From a virus (lineage: Duplodnaviria; Caudoviricetes), in IMG/VR virus record IMGVR_UViG_3300049135_000084, positions 1 to 44,498 of that record: DNA of 44,498 bases; one strand, 5' to 3'. The position numbers and the translations under genes were made by a program. This document shows, piece by piece, positions 1-7,906 of the stretch; the first letter of the stretch is position 1; each line of letters begins with the position of its first letter. The notes below the pieces were generated by a model. The model worked only from the letters and a program-made list of their open reading frames with translations. It was not told where the DNA came from and ran no database searches.

Positions 1-62
1 CTGCCTGCCGGTGCCGCCTGGGGTGGGGCACGCTGGTGTCCGGTCGGCCGTGGGCCGGTGGG

Positions 63-506
63 TTACCAGGCTCGGGATGCCTGGCGTCCTGCTGGTCTGC
101 CGATCCTGCGCTTTGCGTGCTGCCGGTACCAGCGGGTGGCGACGGCGGTCATGGCCGGGTCGCGCATGTCGCGGACGCGCTGCATGACGATGTCCTGGCC
201 TGGGTCGACGGTGACGACCTCGGCGTCCAGCCGCTTGTACCGGGCGAGTGCCTTGGGGCTGGGCATGGTGTGGATGAGGTAGACGTCCACGGTGTCCCGG
301 TGCTTGACGGCCTCGTCGATGGCGGCGAACCGTGCCCGGTGTGCGACCTTCAGCAGGGTTTCGTCGTGCTTCCAGCTGGGCGCGCCGGGCCCGGCGAGGG
401 CGAGGGCCAGGCGGTCCAGGTCGATGACGATGTCCGTTGCCCGGGCGCGGGCGGTGATCCAGCTGGACTTGCCCCCGGCAGGCGGACCGGTGACGACGTA
501 GAGCAC
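63..506 (-). CDS. Small P-loop (AAA-like) ATPase/kinase near the packaging end
   Basis: N-terminal Walker A VVTGPPAGGKS followed by IVIDLD; position next to HNH is typical of actinophages. Confidence 0.8.
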   Translation of the reverse strand: MLYVVTGPPAGGKSSWITARARATDIVIDLDRLALALAGPGAPSWKHDETLLKVAHRARFAAIDEAVKHRDTVDVYLIHTMPSPKALARYKRLDAEVVTVDPGQDIVMQRVRDMRDPAMTAVATRWYRQHAKRRIGRPAGRQASRAW

Positions 507-523
507 GCTGCGTCACCTCCCGG

Positions 524-946
524 TCAGGGCCGCCACTCCTCGCGGTAGCCGGGACGGTCCACATACGGCAGCGCGAGCAGTTCGACCGCGTGACGCAGGG
601 CGCTCACGGAACCAGTCAACCGGTCGTAAGCCACCATCGCGGGCCCCGAGCTGTTGAACTCGCTCACCAACGTCTCGTAGGAGCTAAGCATGCGTCGCTT
701 GGCGTCGATCTCGCCCAGCACCCGGCGCGGGTTGTACTCCGCGACGTGCTTGCCCACTCCCGTCGTAACGTCGCAGATGAGGTCGGCGCCGCGCGCGGAA
801 ACGACCTTGCCACCCAGATCATCATCCGGCTGGTACTCCCAGTCGAGGTTCATCTTGCCAAGCGAGTCGTCAGCCCCCCGCACGATCCGCTCGTCCTCGT
901 CGAGCTGGGCACGCAGCCACTGCACCAGGTCGTCCATGCCGGTCAT
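524..946 (-). CDS. DUF6221-like protein
   Basis: Characteristic termini MDDLVQWLRAQLDEDE and LLALPYVDRPGYREEWRP; start may be 937. Confidence 0.8.
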   Translation of the reverse strand: MTGMDDLVQWLRAQLDEDERIVRGADDSLGKMNLDWEYQPDDDLGGKVVSARGADLICDVTTGVGKHVAEYNPRRVLGEIDAKRRMLSSYETLVSEFNSSGPAMVAYDRLTGSVSALRHAVELLALPYVDRPGYREEWRP

Positions 947-950
947 GCTC

Positions 951-1241
951 TCACCATCGGCGTGAGGACCGTACCGGCTGGCGTCGGTGGTCGGTGCGGT
1001 TGCCGCGGGCGCTGTTGCAGCGGCGGTGCGCTGAGCGGGCGTTGGCGGGGTCGAGGAGGTCGCCGCCGAGGCTGAGCGGGACGGCGTGGTCGAGGGTGAA
1101 CGCCTCGGGGTGGCGGCCGGCTTCGGGGCCGGTGATCCAGTAGGCGATCTCGCCGCCGCACCACCAGCAGGGCAGGCCGAGGGCGCGCTGATGGGCAGTG
1201 AGTCTGCGGTAGGGGCGCCCGTTGCGGGGGTTGCCGGCCAC
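951..1241 (-). CDS. HNH endonuclease (packaging-associated)
   Basis: CWWC, TLDHAVPLSLGG and AHRRCNSARG motifs; GTG at 1241 preceded by GAGGAGG. Confidence 0.9.
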   Translation of the reverse strand: MAGNPRNGRPYRRLTAHQRALGLPCWWCGGEIAYWITGPEAGRHPEAFTLDHAVPLSLGGDLLDPANARSAHRRCNSARGNRTDHRRQPVRSSRRW

Positions 1242-1257
1242 GGGCGCCTCCTCGCGG

Positions 1258-1614
1258 TCAGGGGCTCGTGACAGGCAGCTCGGTGCAGGTGGGGTCTTCG
1301 AGGCAGGCGTCCATGCGATCTCGGTTGGCCTGGTTGCGTTGGAGCATGGCGTCGGAGTACATCTCGGCGCTCTGGCCGGGGACCTGGTCGCAGACGGCCG
1401 GTTCGTCCTCGATGCCGGGGCTGCCCTTGGCTTCGAAGAGGTCGAGCCAGGCGTCAACGCAGGCCTGCCGCGCGGCTGCTCGGTCAACGGTGGGGGCCGC
1501 CGTGGTGACTGTGACGGTCACGGCTGGCTTCTCGGGATGATCGCTGCTGCTGCAGCCGGTTGTAAGCGTGGCGACGGCGAGCAGGGCGGTGCCGACGAGC
1601 GTGCGAGTGTTCAT
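1258..1614 (-). CDS. Lipoprotein of unknown function
   Basis: Signal peptide ending in lipobox-like LTTG-C; Cys-containing C-terminal domain. Confidence 0.75.
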   Translation of the reverse strand: MNTRTLVGTALLAVATLTTGCSSSDHPEKPAVTVTVTTAAPTVDRAAARQACVDAWLDLFEAKGSPGIEDEPAVCDQVPGQSAEMYSDAMLQRNQANRDRMDACLEDPTCTELPVTSP

Positions 1615-1700
1615 GGTCCCCCCAAGGACGGTTGCGGCTCGCGGGCATCATCCGTCGACGGAGGGCGTGTTGGGGGCGGTGTGGCTGTCCTGTGACACGG

Positions 1701-1735
1701 CGAAGCCCCGGCCGGGGGACCGAGCCGGGGCTTCG
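1701..1735 (-). terminator. Stem-loop downstream of putative late promoter
   Basis: Perfect 12-bp inverted repeat cgaagccccggc/gccggggcttcg. Confidence 0.6.
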
Positions 1736-1779
1736 TCGTGTGTCTGTGGTGCCGGTTGAGGGCACAGTTGTACGCCGAG

Positions 1780-1808
1780 ATCGTGACACGCCGCTGACCT
1801 GCGGTCAA
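1780..1808 (-). promoter_or_regulatory. Putative late promoter
   Basis: Minus strand TTGACC-17 nt-CACGAT facing lipoprotein, HNH and (across the ends) terminase genes. Confidence 0.5.
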
Positions 1809-2005
1809 GCGGCCTTGACTGCGGCACGTTTGGCGGCGAGCGCGGTGACGTCCTCCACGGCGTACCAGGGCTGTCGCGGTGTGCCTCCGGAGCGGCTGAG
1901 CTTGCCGCGGTGGACGAGCTGCCGGACGGCGTCGAGTTCGACTCCGAGCATGCGCGCGGTCTGGTGTGCGGTGAGGTGGCCGGGCCGGATGATCTGCGAC
2001 TCCAT
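1805..2005 (-). CDS. Small MerR/excisionase-like HTH DNA-binding protein (possible late regulator)
   Basis: LTAHQTARMLGVELDAVRQLVHRGKL HTH pattern; lies directly upstream of the putative late promoter. Confidence 0.75.
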   Translation of the reverse strand: MESQIIRPGHLTAHQTARMLGVELDAVRQLVHRGKLSRSGGTPRQPWYAVEDVTALAAKRAAVKAA

Positions 2006-2020
2006 GGCTCCATGATGCAG

Positions 2021-2057
2021 CGGGCCCGCCACAACCGGTGTGGTCGTGGCGGGCCCG
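2021..2057 (-). terminator. Stem-loop closing the accessory cassette
   Basis: Perfect 12-bp inverted repeat cgggcccgccac/gtggcgggcccg just after the 2078 stop. Confidence 0.65.
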
Positions 2058-2077
2058 GAGAGCGTGTAGGACTGTGG

Positions 2078-2578
2078 CTACTCGTCGTTCTCCTTGGCGC
2101 CCCAGGCTTCGCACGCTGCGTCCAACTCGGCGTGCCCCTCCCAGGTGTCGCCGATGATCCCGCCAGCCCAGCCGCGCCACTGGCCGAGGTTGTAGAAGGA
2201 GCCCGGCTGGATCTCGCGGGCGATGACCTTGCGGGCGGCCTCGACGACGGCGGCCGGGCTGGCGTAGCCGTACACCGGCAGGTCCGTCGGGTACTCGTTG
2301 GAGCCGTCGTCCTTCATCTCGGCGAACTGCCAGACGGGGCCCTTGTCCGGCTCGCCGTCCTCGATGCCGGTGTGCCACTCCCAGATCAGCAGCAGCCCGT
2401 GCGGCCACGCCTCGGCGTCGCTGGTGTGGAACATGTCCAGCTCGATGACGGCGTTCAGATAGCAGTACGTGCCGCGGGTCTCGCAGTCGTCGGTCCGGAT
2501 GTCTGCGGTCGTGATGCTGGCGGTGTCGAGGGCGACGGTGACGGCCTCGATGTAGTCGTCGTGGGGCAGGGTGCGCAT
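2078..2578 (-). CDS. Hypothetical acidic, Trp-rich protein
   Basis: High-GC3 ORF, AAGGG upstream, coupled to the preceding gene. Confidence 0.75.
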   Translation of the reverse strand: MRTLPHDDYIEAVTVALDTASITTADIRTDDCETRGTYCYLNAVIELDMFHTSDAEAWPHGLLLIWEWHTGIEDGEPDKGPVWQFAEMKDDGSNEYPTDLPVYGYASPAAVVEAARKVIAREIQPGSFYNLGQWRGWAGGIIGDTWEGHAELDAACEAWGAKENDE

Positions 2579-2583
2579 GGTGG

Positions 2584-2721
2584 TCAGCCCTTCTTCGGCT
2601 TGGCGGGGGTGGCCTTCTTGGCGGGCTTGAGCCAGCCGCCGCGCGAGGCCTGGTAGGTCGTCTCGTGCCCCTCGAGGCGGGGGTCGTCCTTCTTGATGGG
2701 CTTCGGGAATCCGAGTGCCAT
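2584..2721 (-). CDS. Small Lys/Pro-rich basic protein (45 aa)
   Basis: MALGFPKPIKKDD...PAKPKKG; AGGA upstream of ATG 2721; the ORF-track N-terminal extension is spurious. Confidence 0.65.
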   Translation of the reverse strand: MALGFPKPIKKDDPRLEGHETTYQASRGGWLKPAKKATPAKPKKG

Positions 2722-2795
2722 GATGGCGGTCCTGTCTCTTCGTTGGGATGGGACCGGGGCGGCCGGTAGCTGGCAGGCGCGGGCCGCCCCGGGGT

Positions 2796-3446
2796 CTACT
2801 TCGCGGCCTTCATCCAGCGCACGAGCGTGCGGTGGGGGCGTTCCTCGTCGGGCACCGTCTCGAAGCCACGGCTGTTGTTGTTGTCGTTGTTGTTGCTGGT
2901 CAACGGCCCCTCTTGGGCGGTCTCGTCGCCGGGGGAGGGGAGGGGAGGGAAGTCGTCCTTCTTCACGCCCGGGGAGACGGCCACCGGCCGGCCCTTCATC
3001 CGCACCCCTCCAGAGGTGGGGATGCGGGCCGCTGCGAGGGCCTCCTTCACGGCCGTGGTGGAGGTCTTCAGGTGGTCGGCGAGGGCGGTGGTGTGGGCGT
3101 GCGGTGCGCCCACCTCGTGGAGGGCCTGGACCAACTGCTCGCGGGTGATGCCGTCGGGGGTCGGGACGGGCTGCTCCGGGGCCTCGTCGGGGACCTCGAC
3201 GGAGGGCTGCGGCGCAGGCTCCGCCGAGGCGGTCGGGTTTGGCAGGCGCAGGCCGAGGACGATGGCGGTGACGAGCCACCCGACGGCGACGGACGGGACG
3301 GTGATGTCCCAGCCGGGCCAGCCTCGGAGGAACCCGACAGCCAGGGCCACTAGGGCGAGGCGGAGAAGCGGTCCCTCGGCGATCCAGAGGGCGATCAACC
3401 GGCTGATTGCGCTGGAGCCGGTCCAGATGGCGACCCAGATGCGCAT
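2796..3446 (-). CDS. Membrane protein with C-terminal putative DNA-binding domain
   Basis: Two to three hydrophobic segments, Pro-rich linker, HTH-like AHTTALADHLKTSTTAVKEAL, Asn tract. Confidence 0.75.
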   Translation of the reverse strand: MRIWVAIWTGSSAISRLIALWIAEGPLLRLALVALAVGFLRGWPGWDITVPSVAVGWLVTAIVLGLRLPNPTASAEPAPQPSVEVPDEAPEQPVPTPDGITREQLVQALHEVGAPHAHTTALADHLKTSTTAVKEALAAARIPTSGGVRMKGRPVAVSPGVKKDDFPPLPSPGDETAQEGPLTSNNNDNNNSRGFETVPDEERPHRTLVRWMKAAK

Positions 3447-3447
3447 G

Positions 3448-3891
3448 TCAGCCGCCCACCATCATCAGGACGGCGGCGCCGAGTTCGGACGGCATGGCCC
3501 AGATGGTGCCGTTGCCTGCGGCCGGCCAGACGATGCCTGCGATCAGGCCGAGGATCGCTCCTCGCAGGGGGGTCATCTTCCAGCACATCATCAGGATGAG
3601 CAGGACCAGGGCGACGGCGCCGATTCCGACGTTGCCGAACGGTCCGCTCCCCTGGCCTACGCCGAGGCCGGTCAGTCCTTGGCTGGTGATCTTCTCCGGG
3701 TTGGCCCAGATGGATCCGGCCGCGCTGAACGCGGTGGAGGCGACAAACCCGCAGATCATCGCAGGGTTGTCCTTGAGCTTGACGCGGCCTTGTCCCTTGA
3801 CGCCGAGCACGAGGAACAGGGCCAGGGCGAAGGCGAGGCCGCCGGCGCCGAGCGCTCCGAAGGCGGCGCCGTCGGCTGCTGCGAGGTACAC
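3448..3891 (-). CDS. Gly-rich polytopic membrane protein
   Basis: About four hydrophobic Gly-rich helices; GTG 3891 with AGGAG. Confidence 0.75.
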   Translation of the reverse strand: MYLAAADGAAFGALGAGGLAFALALFLVLGVKGQGRVKLKDNPAMICGFVASTAFSAAGSIWANPEKITSQGLTGLGVGQGSGPFGNVGIGAVALVLLILMMCWKMTPLRGAILGLIAGIVWPAAGNGTIWAMPSELGAAVLMMVGG

Positions 3892-3899
3892 GAGGACTC

Positions 3900-4463
3900 C
3901 TACTGGAACGGGTTGGGCGCGTGCAGCGCGGTGGCGAGCAGGGCGGTAGCCATCGGGATGCGCAGGGCCCAATGGGCGGCGGGGCGGAGACGGGTGGGCA
4001 GGATGCGCACGTACCGCTCCCCCAGGACCTCGGCGCCGATCCAGCCGAACCCTGTGAGCGCCAGGCCAGCGGCTGGTGCCCCGGGGCCGAGGGTGTTGAA
4101 GAAGGCGGCCATGGAGTCGTAGAGGCCGAAGGACCAGCCCACCCCTGCAGCGGCCCCGTGGGCCAGGAACCAGCGCCGGGCACGGGTTCGCCGTTCGGTG
4201 GCGTGGGTGTCAACGGGCTCCGGCGTCGGCGGTGGGGTGACCGTGATGTGGAAGCTAGGCGGGAGCCCGCTCCCCTGGTCGGGCTGGGGCTGTTCGGCGG
4301 CTGAGTCTTTGCCGACGGCCCACCAGTGGGGCTCCTCGTCGGGGGTGGGCATGGGTGTCCTTCGCGAGATGTCGTGGGCGTGCCCGAAGGGGCGTGCGTG
4401 GAGGGCGCGGAGGTAGGACTGGGCGCGCAGCTCGTCGCCGTCGGGGGACGGCTGCGTGCCCAT
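3900..4463 (-). CDS. Membrane protein (three C-terminal hydrophobic helices)
   Basis: Pro-rich N-terminus then hydrophobic segments; start uncertain (4463 or 4352). Confidence 0.7.
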   Translation of the reverse strand: MGTQPSPDGDELRAQSYLRALHARPFGHAHDISRRTPMPTPDEEPHWWAVGKDSAAEQPQPDQGSGLPPSFHITVTPPPTPEPVDTHATERRTRARRWFLAHGAAAGVGWSFGLYDSMAAFFNTLGPGAPAAGLALTGFGWIGAEVLGERYVRILPTRLRPAAHWALRIPMATALLATALHAPNPFQ

Positions 4464-4483
4464 CACGCGTCCTGCCTGGTGGT

Positions 4484-4990
4484 TCACTGGCTGCTCGGGC
4501 CGATCGGCATCGGCTGGATGCGCCACAGCACCTCGGAGGCGGGCAGCGCGGTGGGCGCCCCGTGGGTCAGCCAGCCGTCGCGGTGCGCGCCTTCACGTTC
4601 GGCGGCCTTCTCGGCTTCCTCCCGGCTGGGGTGGACGCTGTGCAGCTCGCCGCGGCGCATCAGGACGAAGACGCGCTGCTGCGCGACGGCCGTCTTGCGG
4701 GCGGTGCGAAGCAGCTTGCGCAGGACGGCCCGGTCCTCGGTGTCGAGCAGCTGCTGGGCGCGCAGCGTCTCCAGCTCGCCTGCGGTGCGGGCGGCGGCGG
4801 TGGCGAGGCGGGCATGCTCGGCGCGCAGGTCCTCGAGGGCGGTCTCCGCTCGAATCGCGGAGGTGGTGGCCGTCTGGGCGTCCTGCTGGTGCTTCTCGGC
4901 GTTGGCTCGGGCGTCCTGGGCGGCCGTCTCGGCCTCGGTGATGTCGGCACGCAGGGCACGCAGGGTGCGGGTACGAACGATGGAGATCAT
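4484..4990 (-). CDS. Coiled-coil protein
   Basis: Ala/Glu heptad-rich N-half plus small globular C-domain; ATG 4990 with GAGGA. Confidence 0.75.
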   Translation of the reverse strand: MISIVRTRTLRALRADITEAETAAQDARANAEKHQQDAQTATTSAIRAETALEDLRAEHARLATAAARTAGELETLRAQQLLDTEDRAVLRKLLRTARKTAVAQQRVFVLMRRGELHSVHPSREEAEKAAEREGAHRDGWLTHGAPTALPASEVLWRIQPMPIGPSSQ

Positions 4991-5106
4991 GAGAGTCCTC
5001 GGGAGTCTGAAAGGACAGGTGAGCGGGGCCGGACGCGCGGCGGTGAGCGGCAGCGCGGCCAGGTGGAGCACCAGCAGGACCCCGGGGGGATCCTGCGCAG
5101 GTGCCT

Positions 5107-6288
5107 TCAGACCGGCACGCCCGCGTAGTCGGGCAGGTCGTCCGGGTGGAAGAGGTTGCGTCCTCGGGCGTCCTTGCTGTGGACGTGGATGCGTCCTGCG
5201 GCCACCCAGGAGCGGACGGTGGACTGCTCGATGTCGTAGTGCCGGGCGACGTCGGCGGACGTCATGAGGGGCGGCTCGGGCGGGGGTGCGTCCTGGGTGT
5301 CCTCGGTGTCCTGGGGCGCGTCCTGGGCGTCCTGCCCGGTCGGATCGGCCAGCGCCGGGCGGGCGACGATCGGGAGCATGCGGGCGCCAGGCGGGACGGG
5401 TGAGGGAAAGGGCGGGACGCTCGGGGACGCGGGTGCGTCCTGGGTGTCCTGGGCGTCCTCGGCAGCGTCCTGCCAGGGCGAGGGCAGGTCGATGGTGGCG
5501 AGCGCGGCAGCGTGCCGGCGGGCGGCGAGCAGCTCCAGCAGCTTGGTTCGCTGCTCGTCGCTCGCGCCGGCCTGGGCCTTGCCGACGGCAACGGACAGGC
5601 GTCGGGCCACTCGGTTGCGGCCGTGGGCGTCGGGCTTCATGTCGGCGAGCTTCGCGGCCAAGCCCACGGCCTTCACGGTCCAGCGGTCGCGGGTGATCTG
5701 CTCGGCGCTGCGGTCGCGGACGGCGAGGCCGAGCCGGGACAGCAGCCGCTCGCGGGCCTCGCGGGCCAGTAGGGCGGGCAGAGAGGCGGAGGTGGCGTCC
5801 GGCTTGGCGTGGCGCAGCTCGATGCCCATGGCGAGGTGCCAGAGGAGGGCGGCGAGGACGGGGCCGACGACGGCGCGGACGGTGCCTCCGACGATGCCGG
5901 ACTCGGAGTAGGCGGGGATGACCTGGACGCCGGTGATGAACCAGACGAGGGTGCCGGGGACGCCCGGGACGCCGTGATCGCGGAGGTTCTGGCGGGCCAT
6001 GAGGGCGCAGGCGAACAGGGCGAGTTCCGCGGCGAGGAACAGGGCGGCGCGTTCCTCGAGGGACGCCATGTCCAGCTGGTGCTCGGCGAAGCGCCACGAG
6101 GTGTCGCCGCTGTATGCGGTGCAGGCGATGGCGCCGAGCGCGGCGACCATGACGGCGGCCGGGGTGCGCTCACTGGTGCGGGTCCGGCGGGAACGCAGCA
6201 GCGGCAAGGTGAGCGCGGCGAGCAGCAGCAGCGCGGCGCCGGCGGTGACGATGAGGTTGGCCTGCGCCCAGGCGGTGAGGGTGCTCAT
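5107..6288 (-). CDS. Multi-pass membrane protein with C-terminal HTH (DUF2637/Spd-like architecture)
   Basis: About five hydrophobic helices, QDA/QDT-repeat linker, C-terminal MTSADVARHYDIEQSTVRSWV HTH. Confidence 0.75.
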   Translation of the reverse strand: MSTLTAWAQANLIVTAGAALLLLAALTLPLLRSRRTRTSERTPAAVMVAALGAIACTAYSGDTSWRFAEHQLDMASLEERAALFLAAELALFACALMARQNLRDHGVPGVPGTLVWFITGVQVIPAYSESGIVGGTVRAVVGPVLAALLWHLAMGIELRHAKPDATSASLPALLAREARERLLSRLGLAVRDRSAEQITRDRWTVKAVGLAAKLADMKPDAHGRNRVARRLSVAVGKAQAGASDEQRTKLLELLAARRHAAALATIDLPSPWQDAAEDAQDTQDAPASPSVPPFPSPVPPGARMLPIVARPALADPTGQDAQDAPQDTEDTQDAPPPEPPLMTSADVARHYDIEQSTVRSWVAAGRIHVHSKDARGRNLFHPDDLPDYAGVPV

Positions 6289-6506
6289 CGGCGCTCACCC
6301 CGCTCGGCGTCGAGGGCGGCGAGCAGGCCGTGCAGGACGTAGTGCAGGCCGTAGGCGGCCCGAATCATCGCGTCCTGGTCGTGGATGTTCGCCTGGGCCT
6401 TCTCGACGAGGACCTCCCGGGCCCGGTCGATGGCCTGCTCCAGCGGCGGGACGATGACGTGCGGGTCGTTCTCCGGGTTGTGCAGCGGGGTGTAGGAGGT
6501 GCTCAT
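6285..6506 (-). CDS. Hypothetical protein (73 aa)
   Basis: ATGA overlaps with both neighbours; GAGG upstream. Confidence 0.7.
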   Translation of the reverse strand: MSTSYTPLHNPENDPHVIVPPLEQAIDRAREVLVEKAQANIHDQDAMIRAAYGLHYVLHGLLAALDAERGERR

Positions 6507-6688
6507 CGGCCGGCCGCCTCGGCGGCGTGCGCGCGGCCCAGGGCGAGCTGGTCGCGGGCGGCGCCGGCGGAGGCCGCACGGTTGGCGGCGGCCTGCTGGT
6601 AGTCGGCGCGGCACTGGGCGTGCAGCTCGGCGACGCGGTCCACCTGGTCGTCGGTGCCCGCGGGGACGGTAGGGTTCTTCCGGGTCAT
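6503..6688 (-). CDS. Hypothetical Ala-rich helical protein (61 aa)
   Basis: First gene after the 6725-6756 hairpin; coupled to the next gene. Confidence 0.65.
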   Translation of the reverse strand: MTRKNPTVPAGTDDQVDRVAELHAQCRADYQQAAANRAASAGAARDQLALGRAHAAEAAGR

Positions 6689-6774
6689 GAGGAGGTCAGC
6701 TCTCTCTCGTGATCAAGTGGTGGTCCCGGACGAGCGGTAGGGTCGCTCGGTCCGGGGCTGCCCGCTTTCCGGGC

Positions 6775-7020
6775 CTATTCGGTTGTTCTCGGGGAGCTGG
6801 CCGGGCGTAGGGTGCCCGTTCCGTGCTCGCGGATTGATCTTCGTACTGCGCTTGGGCTGATGCCGAGGGTGCGGGCGACTTCCGACTTGCTGCCCAACTC
6901 CCTGACGCCTTCTTCGAGCGCTTCCGCTCGCCTCTGTGCGCTGGCAGAGATCAGGTTCAACAGCCGTTTCTGTCGCCGGTCCTCGGCTTCAACCCGTGCG
7001 CGCCAATCGGTTGTTGGCAC
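6775..7020 (-). CDS. Small HTH regulator (probable autorepressor, leaderless)
   Basis: SKSEVARTLGISPSAVRRSI HTH; GTG 7020 lies 7 nt after a TAGCGT -10 box. Confidence 0.75.
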   Translation of the reverse strand: MPTTDWRARVEAEDRRQKRLLNLISASAQRRAEALEEGVRELGSKSEVARTLGISPSAVRRSIREHGTGTLRPASSPRTTE

Positions 7021-7027
7021 GCAGGAC

Positions 7028-7057
7028 ACGCTACTAGAACCCTAGGGTTCTAGGCAA
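7028..7057 (-). promoter_or_regulatory. Promoter with perfect 20-bp palindromic operator
   Basis: TTGCCT-18 nt-TAGCGT; ctagaaccctagggttctag (7034-7053) fills the spacer. Confidence 0.75.
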
Positions 7058-7667
7058 GCGTTTCGCTCGGCTGGAAGTGCTTCAGCATCAGGTAGTCCTC
7101 GGGCCCGTACTCGGTCCCGCACCACCGGCACTTCAGCTGCGTCTCGCCCGGCAGGCGTGAGATCGCAGCCCCGCACACCACGCCCTCCCCCACGAGGGCG
7201 ACGCAGTAGCCGATCCGCTGCGGCCGCGGTTCCGGGTCGCCGACGATCGAGCGGACCTGGCTGTTCAGCTCGGCAACTTCGCGGGCGAGGTCGCCGGCCG
7301 CCGGGTACTGGGCGACGATCCAGTCCAGCTCTTGGGCGAGCCATCGGCAGTCGGCGTCCAGCCGGGCGGGTGGCGTGGCTCCGCGGTGGGGCCAGCGCAG
7401 CCGCCGGACGTCCGCCCGCCACGAGTGAACAACCTCGGTCGCGCGGGTCCAGTTCACCGTGTCGAGGACGTCCTCGTTGACGGGCGAGCGGGGGCCGGCC
7501 GCGCTCTTGGTGGCCACGATGTCGCCCCAGCCGGTGCGGCGGGGCACGAGGCATTCGCCGACCTCGGCGTACAGGGCGGGGAGTTCTTGCAGCCGCGCGG
7601 CCAGCTGCTCCCGGTGCCGGTTGCACAGGTAGCCACTGGCCGCGTTGCCGCACAGTTCGCAGGTCAC
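7050..7667 (-). CDS. Cys-containing actinophage protein with C-terminal Zn ribbon
   Basis: CELC...LC at N-terminus; RIGYC...CGA...CRWCG at C-terminus; GTGA overlap with upstream gene. Confidence 0.75.
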   Translation of the reverse strand: MTCELCGNAASGYLCNRHREQLAARLQELPALYAEVGECLVPRRTGWGDIVATKSAAGPRSPVNEDVLDTVNWTRATEVVHSWRADVRRLRWPHRGATPPARLDADCRWLAQELDWIVAQYPAAGDLAREVAELNSQVRSIVGDPEPRPQRIGYCVALVGEGVVCGAAISRLPGETQLKCRWCGTEYGPEDYLMLKHFQPSETLA

Positions 7668-7906
7668 GGTGCGCTGGTCTCCTTGGGCTCGGCCAGGGCA
7701 GCCCGCAGCTCGACGGCCGCGCCGCCGTAGGCCCGGAGAATCGCCCACCGTCGGGCGAGCCGCTCGGCCCGCTCCACGGCGGCCTCTGCCGCCAGGGCTC
7801 GGGTCTTCCACTCGTCGCCGCGGCGCCAGCCACGGTTCGCGTTCTCGTACAGCTCGTCCAGGGCGTCGTCGGTGATGCTGTCGGCGGTGTAGCGCTGCGG
7901 GCTCAT
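7664..7906 (-). CDS. Hypothetical protein
   Basis: Translationally coupled small ORF (TADSITDDALDELY). Confidence 0.7.
   Translation of the reverse strand: MSPQRYTADSITDDALDELYENANRGWRRGDEWKTRALAAEAAVERAERLARRWAILRAYGGAAVELRAALAEPKETSAP

Noticed and set aside
2874-2895. (AAC)n tract as a phase-variation switch
   Set aside because: Trinucleotide unit keeps the frame and only encodes a short Asn run
4991-5106. Small hydrophobic ORF (GVLLVLHLAALPLTAARP)
   Set aside because: No ATG/GTG start with an RBS ahead of the segment; in frame with the downstream gene; possibly a remnant but not supportable
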